From Candidatus Eiseniibacteriota bacterium (GTDB lineage: Bacteria; Eisenbacteria; RBG-16-71-46; CAVPCR01): a stretch of DNA of 64,000 bases. The first letter of the stretch is position 1, and each line of letters begins with the position of its first letter. Both the position numbers and the translations under genes were made by a program. Shown here piece by piece: positions 20,503-30,514 of this stretch. Under the pieces are notes generated by a model. That model ran no database searches and was not told the origin of the DNA. It worked only from the letters and a program-made list of their open reading frames with translations. The stretch is from the NCBI GenBank assembly GCA_963702435.1, contig CAVPCR010000004.1, positions 384,001 to 448,000 on the forward strand, in the 5' to 3' direction.

Positions 20503-21103
20503 GCCACTGCCGGCCAGTGGTGTCCTGCCGACGGCGCTGCGGTTGTTCCTGGTCGCCGCGCTCTGCCTCGTCGGCGTCACCGCTGCGAATGCGGCAGACA
20601 AGAGCGACCAGCCCTGGCAGTCAGTCGTTCGCGCCGTCCGGGATCCCGACACCGGGGCCAGCTCGATCAAGGTCAACGGTTACCTGCTGCAGAAGGCCGG
20701 CGAGCCCAGAACGTTCCACTTTCTCAGCCTCTGGCAGTACGACGTGACGGCAGGCAGGTGGCGGAGAATCATCATCGTGCGCGCCGGAGAACCCATCACT
20801 CTCGAGCCAGAAGCAGGTACGATCTACTCTGCGCGGCAGGACCGCGAGCTGGTTGTCATGCCGGACCAGAGCGGCCTCTTCTGGTGCGAGTGGGAAGAGG
20901 ACGGCCGGCAGACAGGCACCCTGGTCCATTCCGGTCCCATTCTCTGCAACGATCTGCACATCGGTCCTCCTCCGGAGGGAATGATCGCTGCGTGCGTTCC
21001 ATCCTCCAGTGGGGCCAGGGCGATGTTTGTTCCGGATCCGCAGTCGCATTGTCGGGAGCCGGCCCGGTCGAGCCAGGCCGTGATCCTCGAGGTGGCGCCG
21101 TGA
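20495..21103 (+). CDS. Secreted hypothetical protein
   Basis: GTG start overlapping the upstream gene end; signal peptide ending ANA-A; stop overlaps the next start (GTGA). Confidence 0.55.
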   Translation: MSEPLPASGVLPTALRLFLVAALCLVGVTAANAADKSDQPWQSVVRAVRDPDTGASSIKVNGYLLQKAGEPRTFHFLSLWQYDVTAGRWRRIIIVRAGEPITLEPEAGTIYSARQDRELVVMPDQSGLFWCEWEEDGRQTGTLVHSGPILCNDLHIGPPPEGMIAACVPSSSGARAMFVPDPQSHCREPARSSQAVILEVAP

Positions 21104-22278
21104 ACGACGAACGGCATGTTCCGGTGAGGCGAACTGCCGGCGCCGAACGGGCGATCGCGCTCGCCGCAGCCCTGATCGTGGCGATCGCTGCCGCCGGCTG
21201 CGATGACGAAGAGACGCCCTATCAGCCGGTGCCCGTGGACGTCGCCGGCATCTGGCAGCAGGTCGCCGGGGCCCATCTCCTCCATCCCCGGGACGACATC
21301 ACGGCAACCGGCGACGCGCTCTACCTCCGGCTCGATGACGGCACCGGCCGGCTCCAGATCCGGGACTGGACCAACGGGATCGTCGACTGCATCCCGGTCC
21401 TCTATGCGCTCGCCCCGCCCCGGGCGCTCATCCTCGAAGCCGCGGAGTGGTCGGACATCTACCGCGTCGACCGCAGTGCCGGCGACACCCTCAAGCTTGC
21501 CGATCCGGAGGGGCGCGAGTCGGTCTTCGCGCTCTGCGCGACACTTCCCGACTCGGTGCGTTGCGGCGAGATCGAGGTGGTGCGGCGCTTCGATCTCCCC
21601 GACTCGGTCTCCGCCACCGGCGGACTCGCCTTCGACGGCACCTTGCTCTGGTTCACCTCATCCGGATGCGAGCAGCTCTACGGCGTCGATCCGGAGAGCG
21701 GCGCGATCGCCGCGGTCCGCCCCGTGCTCGCCTCGCCGGCCACTCTCGTCACGGGCGCCGAGGGCCCTGATCTCTGGCGCCTGTATGGATGCGGCGTGGT
21801 GGGCGACAATCCCATGCGCAGCAAGGTCTGGCGCATCGCGCCCGACGAGTCGATCCGGGACGAGGTGGACACGGCGGATCTCGCGCCCTGGAACGCGGTG
21901 GGTTCTGCGGCGCACGATCCGGCGACGGGCCACCTGTGGACGTTCCGGGCCACATTCCCGGGGCAGGTGGAATTCGTCGTGATCGACACCGCCGCCGAAC
22001 CGGACCGGCTGGTGCTCACGCGCGATGCCCGGTTGATCGTCTCCGAGATGTGCTGGCAGGGGGAGCGGCTCCTTGCGCTCACCCGCGGCGAGGAATCGCT
22101 GCTCCTGACCGAGATCGACACCGAGACATTCATGGTGAGCCGCACCTATGCGTCCCTCGCGGGTCTCTGGCTCGGCGGCGTGGCCGCCGTGGGCGACAGG
22201 ATCTTCCTGCTCGCGGCTCCGGAGCGGGAACGCCGGGCCGTCCTGCTCGAGGTGAAGCTCGTATGGCCCGGTCCGTGA
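21100..22278 (+). CDS. Lipoprotein with probable beta-propeller C-terminal domain (paralog 1)
   Basis: Lipobox 'AAGC'; 'GLAFDGTLLW...VDP.SG' blade-like repeats; translationally coupled. Confidence 0.65.
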   Translation: MNDERHVPVRRTAGAERAIALAAALIVAIAAAGCDDEETPYQPVPVDVAGIWQQVAGAHLLHPRDDITATGDALYLRLDDGTGRLQIRDWTNGIVDCIPVLYALAPPRALILEAAEWSDIYRVDRSAGDTLKLADPEGRESVFALCATLPDSVRCGEIEVVRRFDLPDSVSATGGLAFDGTLLWFTSSGCEQLYGVDPESGAIAAVRPVLASPATLVTGAEGPDLWRLYGCGVVGDNPMRSKVWRIAPDESIRDEVDTADLAPWNAVGSAAHDPATGHLWTFRATFPGQVEFVVIDTAAEPDRLVLTRDARLIVSEMCWQGERLLALTRGEESLLLTEIDTETFMVSRTYASLAGLWLGGVAAVGDRIFLLAAPERERRAVLLEVKLVWPGP

Positions 22279-23402
22279 GCGGGTCTCGAGGCCGTCCCGG
22301 ACGGCGAGTCGGGGCCGGCGCGGCGGCGCTTCTCCTCGCCGCCCTGGTCGCCTCGTGCGATGAGGACGATCCGGTCCGGCCGCTCCTTCCGGATGTGGCC
22401 GGGATCTGGATGCAGGTCGGCGGGCAGTATCTCCTGGATCCCGATGTCGCGGCCGAGGCCGCCGGTGTCGCGCTCGTCCTCGAGATCGATGATGACTCCG
22501 GCGGGAGCCTCCACCGGAGAGCCCTGGCGAGCGGGGTCGTCACCTGCATCTCGATCATCTACGGCTTGCCGGCAGCCGATCAGATGCTCGCCTCCCTCGG
22601 CCGCGGGACGACCCTCTACGGGGTCGCCAGACCGCATGCCGACTCGCTCGTGCTCACCGACGCCGCGGGACACCTGACGGTCTTCGCGCGGATCGCGGCT
22701 CCTCCCGACTCCATGCTCTGCTCCTCACTCCCGATCGTGCGGCGCCACGATCTGAGCCTCGATTGCGACGGGCGCACCGGGCTCGCCTTCGACGGAACGT
22801 TTCTCTGGTTCACCGGGATCACCGCCCACGATCTTATCCCGGTCGAGCCCGCGAGCGGCGCCGTCGCCGCGCCGCGGCGCATCGACGTCGCCGATGCCAG
22901 CGTCGTCGAGAGCGCACAGGGTGCGGATCTCTGGCGCACCTGCGGGTGTGATCCCTATGATCCCGGATTCGGGAAGGTGTTCCGGATCACTCCGGAGGAG
23001 ACGATCGCCGAGAAGGTGAGCAGTCGCGCCTTCGGCACATGGGATACGCCGCGCTGCGTGGCCTACGATCCCGGCGCCGGTTCGCTGTGGATCCATGGAT
23101 TCGGGCGGCACGGGCCGTTCACGCTCCTCGAGATCGATGCCGAGGCCGATCCGGACGAGCTGCTCCGATCCTTCAGCCTGGGGTTTGCGGTCGATGCCAT
23201 GTGCTGGCGCGGAAGCGAGCTCCTCGCCTTGATCGGGAACCGCGTGGTGCGGATCGACGGGTCGACGTTCCGCGTGCTCCGGACCTACGACCCGCCCGCC
23301 GATCTCGAGCTCTCCGGGATCGCGGTGGCCGGAGCGCAGGTTTTTGCCCTCGCCACCCCCTGGGCATCGAGTCAGGCCATCATCCTCGAGCTCGGGCTCT
23401 GA
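22275..23402 (+). CDS. Lipoprotein with probable beta-propeller C-terminal domain (paralog 2)
   Basis: Lipobox 'VASC'; shares 'DVAGIW.QV.G', 'GLAFDGT.LWFT', 'G.DLWR', 'MCW.G..LLAL' with the upstream gene. Confidence 0.65.
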   Translation: MSGSRGRPGRRVGAGAAALLLAALVASCDEDDPVRPLLPDVAGIWMQVGGQYLLDPDVAAEAAGVALVLEIDDDSGGSLHRRALASGVVTCISIIYGLPAADQMLASLGRGTTLYGVARPHADSLVLTDAAGHLTVFARIAAPPDSMLCSSLPIVRRHDLSLDCDGRTGLAFDGTFLWFTGITAHDLIPVEPASGAVAAPRRIDVADASVVESAQGADLWRTCGCDPYDPGFGKVFRITPEETIAEKVSSRAFGTWDTPRCVAYDPGAGSLWIHGFGRHGPFTLLEIDAEADPDELLRSFSLGFAVDAMCWRGSELLALIGNRVVRIDGSTFRVLRTYDPPADLELSGIAVAGAQVFALATPWASSQAIILELGL

Positions 23403-23509
23403 CCGATGATGCGGCGGCTGCCGCGCCGGCGCCGTATCGGCGCCGTATCGGCGCCGGCTCCGCGGTGGTAATGTAAGCACGGATCTCCCCGGCGGCGCGG
23501 AGTCGAGCC

Positions 23510-24772
23510 ATGCCCTATGCGATCGACACGATCGTCCGCGGTCTTCTCCAGGCGCTCGCGATCGGCTTCCTGATCGGCGCCGAGCGCGAGAGCCGCGCCC
23601 TCGAGTCGCCGCGCGCGGTGGCGCCCGGGCTCCGCGACTTCATCCTGATCGCCCTCACCGGTAGCGTGGCCGGTTTTCTCGGCGCGACGCTGTTCACCGC
23701 GCTCGCCTTCGCCGCCATCGTCGCGGTCATCCTCGTCCGGCGGCTCAAGGATCCCAGCGAGCACGGGATCACGACCGAGATCGCCGCGCTCCTCACCTTC
23801 TGGCTCGGGCTCCTCACCCAGCGCCCGCCCTTCGGCATGCTCGCTCTCGGGAGCGCGGTCGGGGTCACCATCATCCTCATGGTGAAGGACCCGATCACCC
23901 GTCTCGTGCGCGAGGTCATTTCGAAGACCGAGTTCTACGACACGGTCAAGTTCCTCGCCATCGTCTTCATCGTGTATCCACTCCTCCCGGCCGGCGAGTA
24001 CGGGCCGTACGGCTTCTTCGCACCGCGCACGATCTGGAAGTTCGTGATCCTCGTGTCGTCGGTTTCCTACGTCGGCTATTTCCTCACCCGCTTCATCGGG
24101 GGGTCGCGCGGTCTCCTCCTGACCGGCGTGGTCGGGGCGCTCGCCTCGACCACCGCCACGACCTCGGCCTTCGCCGAGGGGGCCCGCGAGTTTCCCGAGC
24201 GCTGGCGGGAATACGCCTGGGCGACCACCATCTCGAACGCCATACAGTTTCCGCGGGTCGCCGCCATCATCTACGTGATGAACCCGGGGCTCTCGCTCGC
24301 CGCACTGCGGCCGCTGCTCGCCATGTTCGCAGCCGGGCTCCTCGTCGGCCTCTGGCAGGCGCGAGCCGCCCGCCGCTCGCAGGAGAGCGCGCCGGCCGCG
24401 GCGCGGCCGCTCGTCAGGAACCCGTTCTCCTTGTGGCCGGCGGTCCAGTTCGGCCTCATCTTCACCGTGATCCTCTTCATCGCCAGGTTCGGGGCGATGC
24501 GCTTCGGCGCGCGCGGCGCCCTGAGTTCGAGCCTGGTCGGCGGGCTCATCGATGTCGACGCCATCACGATCTCGCTCGCCAATCTGGTGGCCGCGGGCGA
24601 GCTGGCGCCGGCGGTGGGCCTGCTCGCGGTGCTTCTCGCCCTCCTCGCCAACGCCGCGTTCAAGACGGGGCTCGCGTTCACGGCGGGCGGGCGGCGGTTC
24701 GGGTGGGCGCTCGCCCTCGCCTTCGGCGCGATGTTCGCGATCGGCTTCGCGGTGGCGTTTGCGGTCCGCTGA
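23510..24772 (+). CDS. MgtC/SapB-family membrane protein with DUF4010
   Basis: 'GFLIGAERE', 'GLRDF', 'GITTEIA', 'ASTTATT', 'DVDAIT'. Confidence 0.88.
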   Translation: MPYAIDTIVRGLLQALAIGFLIGAERESRALESPRAVAPGLRDFILIALTGSVAGFLGATLFTALAFAAIVAVILVRRLKDPSEHGITTEIAALLTFWLGLLTQRPPFGMLALGSAVGVTIILMVKDPITRLVREVISKTEFYDTVKFLAIVFIVYPLLPAGEYGPYGFFAPRTIWKFVILVSSVSYVGYFLTRFIGGSRGLLLTGVVGALASTTATTSAFAEGAREFPERWREYAWATTISNAIQFPRVAAIIYVMNPGLSLAALRPLLAMFAAGLLVGLWQARAARRSQESAPAAARPLVRNPFSLWPAVQFGLIFTVILFIARFGAMRFGARGALSSSLVGGLIDVDAITISLANLVAAGELAPAVGLLAVLLALLANAAFKTGLAFTAGGRRFGWALALAFGAMFAIGFAVAFAVR

Positions 24773-24789
24773 CCGACGCGGCGCTGGCG

Positions 24790-25150
24790 ATGGCCGCTTC
24801 CTCCCCCTCGTTGGTCGAGCGTCCCCTGCGCTTTGTCGCTTGGGCTCTTCTCGCTCTGGCGATGAGCCCGAGCCCGACACCGGCAGACCAGGACTCTGTG
24901 CTCCTGGTCCCCGGCGTGGAGTACACGACCCCGATCCACTTCGGCGTCGCCGGGATCCCGCATTCGCTCGATAGCTTCGCCTACCAATCGGGGACCGTTC
25001 CCCCCTATGCCGCCGTCGCGGCCGATCTCCGGAGCGTGGTCTGGGATGGAAGGGACGGCCGCGGCCTCCCAGTGTCATCCGGAATGTACGTCCTGCGGTT
25101 GAGCACCGGCGGGCGCACCTGGACCAGCCGGCTCATGGTCAATCGCTAGG
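24790..25150 (+). pseudogene. Short signal peptide plus partial FlgD-Ig tail, probably an internally deleted secreted protein
   Basis: About 119 aa. A signal peptide is followed about 50 aa later by 'VVWDGRDGRGLPVSSGMYVLRL', lacking the 'NPFNP' start of the domain. Confidence 0.5.
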
Positions 25151-25369
25151 ACCGGGTCGGCGCCATCACGATCTGGCTCGCCAATCTGGCGGCCGCAGGC
25201 GAGGCGCCGGTCGGCGCCAGCGGGCCAGCACCACCTCGGTGGTCCGTTCACCCCCCGGCGTGGTGACCGGCGCGAAGTAGACGCCGGATGACACCGGTGG
25301 TCCGGAGTCATCGCGCCCGTCCCAGCGGCCGGGATCCTCCCGTAGCCAGCGAGACGCCCGGCGCTATGT

Positions 25370-25412
25370 GCCGCCGCCGGCCTGGATCACCGAGCCCGCG
25401 AACGAGGAGGCG
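25370..25412 (+). repeat. 43-bp exact direct repeat, second copy at 29433-29475 inside the uvrD 5' end
   Basis: gccgccgccggcctggatcaccgagcccgcgaacgaggaggcg at both positions. Confidence 0.9.
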
Positions 25413-25520
25413 TCTCGCTGAGACCGCCTGGATGTCGTTGATCTATCTCTCCACGGCCGACTGGTCCGCATACGTGCCGACCGCGCGGGTTGCGGGCCCT
25501 GGCTCCCGTTGCGATCCACG

Positions 25521-27737
25521 CTACTCGTTGAGGAGCCAGCGGATCGAGGCCGCCATCACGGCGTTCACCTCATCGGGTGGATAGAAGTAGAACGGGAAAC
25601 CGTACATCATGAGCCGGCCCTGCCCCGGCCCGGAGTAACGGAGCGCGCATGCCCCGTCGTCCATGTAGGAAGCGCTGGGCGGGCCGATCTGCGCGCGGGC
25701 ATTCGAAATGTAGAAGTACAGCGTGTCGAGCTGCCCGCCGAAGAGCCGGAGCCGCGGATTGATGTCGAGCCCGCAGCACACCACCATGGCCTCGCAGTCC
25801 GGGATTCCGGTCGATCCGGACCCCGGAGTTGAATACGGAGGGCGGAAGACGATGAGGTCCGGATACCCCTCCGCCGCTGCCTGCCCATGCGCGTAGGCCC
25901 CGTCCATGCCGTTCGTACGCCTGATGCGAGGGCTTCCCCCGCCACTCCGGAAGCAGCCGTTCACGCACATTGCATCCTCGAAGGCCGACTCGATCTTGAG
26001 GAAATCGTAGGCTAGGTCCCCGGGCTTGAATCCGAATGAACCCAGCCCCACGGCATCGGGTGGGGGGTAGATGCTCCGTGAGAAGGCGCCTGTTCCCATC
26101 AGCAGCACCGGCCCGCCAGACTCGAGGAAGATCCCCAGGAAGTTGTCCTCCCCCACCCGGTACATCCTGGAGAGCTGGGTGGTGCCTTCCGACCTGGTGT
26201 TCCAGATGACGAGCTTGTACCGGGCGAGAACTTCGAGCGTCACCCGACCCGAGTAGACCCAGTAGGAATACGTCGTCGAGTCGATAACGACATCGCTGCG
26301 GCTCGTGAGCTGGCCGGTGCGTGGATCCAGGGGCTCGCAGCGGTCGACACCCCAGTCCGGATGTCCGATCCGGGCCAGCGCATCGGCGATCCGCTCCTGG
26401 AGGTACTGGTCATGGCACTGATCATGCGGTTCGTCGCTGCCCACGCTGATCTCGTCAGCCGGCGGCGGCGGAATGCAGTCGGCCGGAGCACCACCGCGCA
26501 CATCGGGACCGAAGTCGTCGATGTAGAGGACGTCCCGCTCTCGGCTCAGCGGCACCACGACGAGATTGAGATCGGCGATGACCGTGGTCCCGACGTCATC
26601 CCGAACCCGCACGTACAGAATGTGCTCTTCGGTACGCCCGCCCGGAGGCAGCTCGAAGCGGAGGACGGCGCGCGTGAGCGTGGCGTTTTCCGGCGTCCAG
26701 CCGGGGCCGTCAGCGAACGGGTCGAGAAGATCGAGGCCGTACGAGTATCCTGTGATGCGGCCGCCATAGCGGGAGGCATCCCCACCCCAGGTGAAGGTCA
26801 CACTCGAGCCGGCCGGAATCTGAAAGGTCTTCTTCCGCTCGTCCGCCGTCGGGTAGCAGGTGGTCTTGACCGAGCTCGAGACGCAGAGATCGGGCAGGCC
26901 GCCCGCTTCGCGCGCCCGGATGCGAAGCGTATTGATCGGCCCCGGCGACCCCGCGGTGCGGAGTCGGGGCTCCACCGCTCCGGCCTGGTCGAGCGCCCGC
27001 ACTCCAAAGACGTAGTCCAAAGGCACGCCGAGCGGCCCGATGGGAACGGATGTGCGGGCTTCGAATGGGCTCCACGGATCTCCGCGGGAGTCCGGGTCGT
27101 AGAGAGCCGCCTCGACCTGCTCGGGAGTCAGGAACACGACGTCATCGACCGCGACGATACGATAGGAGTAGGCCACGGGGTTCTCTGTGCCGTCGAGGTC
27201 GGTACCTTCCCAGCTCACCGTGAACCTGGGGCCGAGCGCGGCGATGACCGAAGTCGAGGGGATCAGGATCCCAGTCTCGGGGGCGATGGTCTCCGCGGTG
27301 AAGGAGATGGACACCGGCGCGGACATGTCCTCGTCGTCATCGATGGCCCTCAGAAAGAGAGTGTGCGCACCGCGGTAGCGATAGCGCTCGATGGGCACGG
27401 TGGAGACACCGACATAGATGGAGTCGACCCCGGTCGAGTCGCCGGCCGCGAACAGGAGCGTGATCTCGTAGGCGGTGGTCGCAATCCAGGCGTCCGGACC
27501 CAGGGTGTCGTCAATCGCATACTCGAAGCGTTCGACCCTTCCGTCCGTGTCGGTGGCGTTCCAGTTGAACGTCATGATGAAGACGCTGACCGAATCGCGA
27601 ATCGGCCCGGCCGAAATGGCGACCGTGGGTCGCTGATTCGGTATGAGGAAACCCGACGGTGACTCGGCGCAGGAGCCGATGAGCCAGGCGGCAAGGATCG
27701 CCGCGACGAGCCCGAGGAGCGGGACATGCAGGCGCAT
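25521..27737 (-). CDS. Large lipoprotein with Ig/FN3-like repeats and C-terminal alpha/beta domain
   Basis: Start ATG 27737 after GAGGAAG; lipobox 'LIGSC'; 'W.GTD.DG...Y.Y' repeats. The upstream extension in the ORF track crosses a tandem repeat and is unlikely. Confidence 0.75.
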   Translation of the reverse strand: MRLHVPLLGLVAAILAAWLIGSCAESPSGFLIPNQRPTVAISAGPIRDSVSVFIMTFNWNATDTDGRVERFEYAIDDTLGPDAWIATTAYEITLLFAAGDSTGVDSIYVGVSTVPIERYRYRGAHTLFLRAIDDDEDMSAPVSISFTAETIAPETGILIPSTSVIAALGPRFTVSWEGTDLDGTENPVAYSYRIVAVDDVVFLTPEQVEAALYDPDSRGDPWSPFEARTSVPIGPLGVPLDYVFGVRALDQAGAVEPRLRTAGSPGPINTLRIRAREAGGLPDLCVSSSVKTTCYPTADERKKTFQIPAGSSVTFTWGGDASRYGGRITGYSYGLDLLDPFADGPGWTPENATLTRAVLRFELPPGGRTEEHILYVRVRDDVGTTVIADLNLVVVPLSRERDVLYIDDFGPDVRGGAPADCIPPPPADEISVGSDEPHDQCHDQYLQERIADALARIGHPDWGVDRCEPLDPRTGQLTSRSDVVIDSTTYSYWVYSGRVTLEVLARYKLVIWNTRSEGTTQLSRMYRVGEDNFLGIFLESGGPVLLMGTGAFSRSIYPPPDAVGLGSFGFKPGDLAYDFLKIESAFEDAMCVNGCFRSGGGSPRIRRTNGMDGAYAHGQAAAEGYPDLIVFRPPYSTPGSGSTGIPDCEAMVVCCGLDINPRLRLFGGQLDTLYFYISNARAQIGPPSASYMDDGACALRYSGPGQGRLMMYGFPFYFYPPDEVNAVMAASIRWLLNE

Positions 27738-27885
27738 CTTGCTCTTCCTCGGGGGATTCCACCAACCACCAAAGAGACCAAGGACCCGGTGAGCAAGGCC
27801 GGTCGCTGTCCGGGATCGGTAACCGCGTGGTGGATTGTCAGCGTGCCGGTCAGCGTGCCGGCGTGGGCGACTCGGCCCCTCCGCG

Positions 27886-28003
27886 CGGATCGAGCCACCG
27901 AGAATCGAGCCGCTGAGATCCGAGCTATCGAGATCCGAGCCGCCGAGATCCGAGCCGCCGAGATCCGAGCTATCGAGATCCGAGCCGCCGAGATCCGAGC
28001 CGC
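27886..28003. repeat. 15-bp tandem repeat (GAGATCCGAGCCGCC / GAGATCCGAGCTATC), about 8 units
   Basis: Directly visible periodicity with two unit variants. Confidence 0.92.
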
Positions 28004-28368
28004 GGTCCTGGTCGATCGCCGACAACCTGATCCGAGTGCTCGATCCCGCAACCGGCATGGTGTTGTCGGCCGAGCGCGCGTCGAATCCGGTTCGCCCTCG
28101 TCGAGAGGGCAGCCCCCGGCCAGCGACGCTCCCCGCTACCACCCTTTGTCCAGTCCGGCCCGGCAACCCGGGACATCCGGCCGTGACCGGCCATGAAGGT
28201 CGTAACGGAACGAACTCCTGGGTTTCGGACCGGGGGGCGCGGTGCTGGTGGCCGTCGCTGGCCCTTACCACGCGGCAACCGTGTCGTTGCGGTGAACGCC
28301 TGTGATGGACCGCGGGCTCCTGCATTGATACTGATTGGACTACAGCGCCGATGCGGGCGGTGACCGCA

Positions 28369-28403
28369 AGGGATAGGAGTTTCCATTCGTCGCTGCGCCG
28401 GGC
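28369..28403 (-). mobile_element. Degenerate oriIS-like terminus of the IS91/ISCR-like element
   Basis: Reverse complement cccggcgcagcgacgaatggaaactcctatccct closely matches 30470-30503. Confidence 0.75.
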
Positions 28404-28490
28404 GGGGGCTTCGCCTGAGAAGTGCGCGGATGGAGAGCGCCACAACCCCGCATGCGCCGCCTGATGGGCGACCGTGCCACCGGCCCAGCG

Positions 28491-28715
28491 ACCGGCTCTT
28501 TCGGCGATGAGGCTTCGGTGCTGCAGCCCGTCGCCGATATCTACATCCGCCTGATGCAGATGCCGGTGCTGCCCTATCTCGTGCTGGCCTGATCATCGGG
28601 TTCGGCCAGCTCGAGGCGGAGCAGGCACGGCGGTTCGCGAAGCGCGCACCAGCGCTCCTGCTCCTGACCTTGGGGCTGACCTTCGCAGTCATCGTTGCCA
28701 TGCCTGTGTTGAAGG
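28491..28715 (+). pseudogene. Frameshifted N-terminal fragment of a dicarboxylate/amino acid:cation symporter
   Basis: 'FGDEASVLQPVADIYIRLMQMPVLPYLVLA' then a frameshift to 'LIIGFGQLEAEQARR...VIVAMP'. Confidence 0.6.
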
Positions 28716-28816
28716 CCGGGGTCATGGCAGCCGGCGGGCTGTAGGGAGGCAAGGCGAGCTCCCGAGGCCTCGTGCCTGAGGAGCTGGGCGACAACTGCAG
28801 CTGAGTTGGGAGGTTT

Positions 28817-29100
28817 CATCGAGCCGCACGGCGTTGTGGACATGGAAGCCGGAGTAGGGCCAGGCGGGCATGGAGGCGGCCACGTCGTCGCTGAACAGTC
28901 CGCGCTGGACGAAGGCGCGGAGCACGGCCCGGCGGAAGGCCTCGGTCAGCACCGCGAGCGCGTGGGTGCCGAGCGGCACAAAGGTGCCGTCGAGGCGAAA
29001 GGCGCCGTCGGTAGCGAGCACGAGCAGGCGGGGGTGCCAGTTGGTGAGCGTGCCATGGGTCTGGATCGAGGAGATGACGCCGGGGACGGCGCCGTCCGCA
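28817..29100 (-). pseudogene. Diverged internal fragment of the IS91/ISCR-like transposase
   Basis: 'VPGVISSIQTHGTLTNWHPRLLVLATDGAF...SGFHVHNAVRLD' matches 52411-53862; HUH motif HPHLH decayed to HPRLL. Confidence 0.88.
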
Positions 29101-29358
29101 CCGAGAGTGGCCCGCCCGCTGGTGCCGATAGCGGGATAGAATGCCGCTCAGGCCCAAGGTGCGCTATCGGACCCCGTGTCGCGAGTGAAAATCGCGTAAC
29201 CTCCTGGAGAGGCGCCCTGCGGTGAGAAACCGCCGTCGCTCATGCCAGTGGTCTATCCCGGCTGAGGCGCCAGGTTGCTGTGACACGCGGCTGCCGCGGA
29301 GCCCGGTGCGGGAGCGGGGCGAACGGAGCGCGAGGTTCTGAGAGGGAGAGCGGAAAGG

Positions 29359-30270
29359 GTGATCGAGATCATGTCGCCGCGGGATGCGATCCAGTCCGAG
29401 TTCGCGCTCGGCGCGGCGGAGTCCGATCCGGGGCCGCCGCCGGCCTGGATCACCGAGCCCGCGAACGAGGAGGCGATCGCGAGCGCGCTCGCCGAGCTCG
29501 ATCCTGAGCAGCAGGCGGCGGTCACGCACGGCGAAGGGCCGCTCCTCATTGTCGCCGGCGCCGGCACCGGGAAGACGCGCGTCATTGCGCATCGCATCGC
29601 CTATCTCATCGCCGCCAGGAAGGCCGAGCCGTCCGAGATCCTCGCGCTCACCTTCACCGAGCGCGCCGCGGCGGAGATGGAGGCGCGGGTCGATCTCCTC
29701 GTCCCCTATGGCTACACGGACATGTGGATCTCGACCTTCCATGCCTTCGGCGACCGTATCTACCGCGAGTACGCGCTCGAGATGGGGCTCTCCGATGCGG
29801 CGGTCGTCCTGAACGAGGCGGAGCGGCTCGTCTTCTTCCGCGAGCGGCTCTTCCGCCTCCCGCTCCGGCGCTTGCTGCCGCTCGGAAACCCGGTGCGCCA
29901 CCTGGCGGCGCTCCTGCGCGTCGTCGCGCGGGCGAAGGACGAGGGGGTGACGCCCGAACGCTACGTCGAGCACGCGCGCATCGAGCTCGATGCAGCGGCG
30001 GCGGAGGCGGCGGCCGCCGCCGATGATCTCGACGCCGGCGCCCGCCTCGCCGCGGCGCGCCGACAGCTCGAGATCGCCGAGACCTACCGGGCCATGGACG
30101 AGGAGCTGCACGCGGCCGATCGCATCGACTTCGGCGATCAGCTCCTCCTCACGCTCCGCCTCCTCCGCGAGCAGGAGCACGTCCTCGCCCAGGTGCGCCG
30201 CCGCTTCCGCTAATCGCGGTCGCCGATCGCGTGCACGCCTTCGTCGATCACCTCGAGCTCCTGGTGGATG
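29359..30270 (+). pseudogene. Truncated UvrD/PcrA-type helicase
   Basis: 'AGAGTGKT', 'LTFTERAA.EM', 'STFHAF', 'IDFGD'. Stops at 'RRRFR*' just before the expected Walker B (VDEFQD). A short 'DRVHAFVDHLELLVDA' piece then runs into an element end. Confidence 0.85.
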
Positions 30271-30509
30271 CCGATCATCCTCGGCAGCGCGAGGGGAGAG
30301 GTGCGCCCAGCGGGGACCGGGGGTCGGTCCGCGGGACCGCCTCGCCGCGCGGCGGCCGTGGCCACCCCGCGCCAACACCACACGCTGACGCGCGGCCGCC
30401 GCTCACGCCACCGATTAGATGCGCCGCCGCCGCCGGTCACGCCGCTTCGCCCCCCGTTCCCCGCCTCCTCCCGGCGCCGCGACGAAAGGAAATTCCTATC
30501 CCTATCCCT
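30268..30509 (+). mobile_element. Transposase-less 3' end (oriIS region) of the IS91/ISCR-like element
   Basis: Diverged copy of the 3' non-coding region seen at 35750-36021, ending GACGAAAGGAAATTCCTATCCCT plus ATCCCT. Confidence 0.85.
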
Positions 30510-30514
30510 TCGAC

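Noticed and set aside
27886..28003. CRISPR array
   Set aside because: Contiguous 15-bp units with no unique spacers, and no cas genes in the window.
27738..28445. N-terminal extension making the lipoprotein 974 aa
   Set aside because: It crosses a VNTR and an element end; a good RBS and lipoprotein signal begin at 27737.
30208..30221. 14-bp match CGCTAATCGCGGTC between the uvrD break and 40820-40833 in the DDE transposon
   Set aside because: Too short and not at a transposon end; cannot be distinguished from chance.
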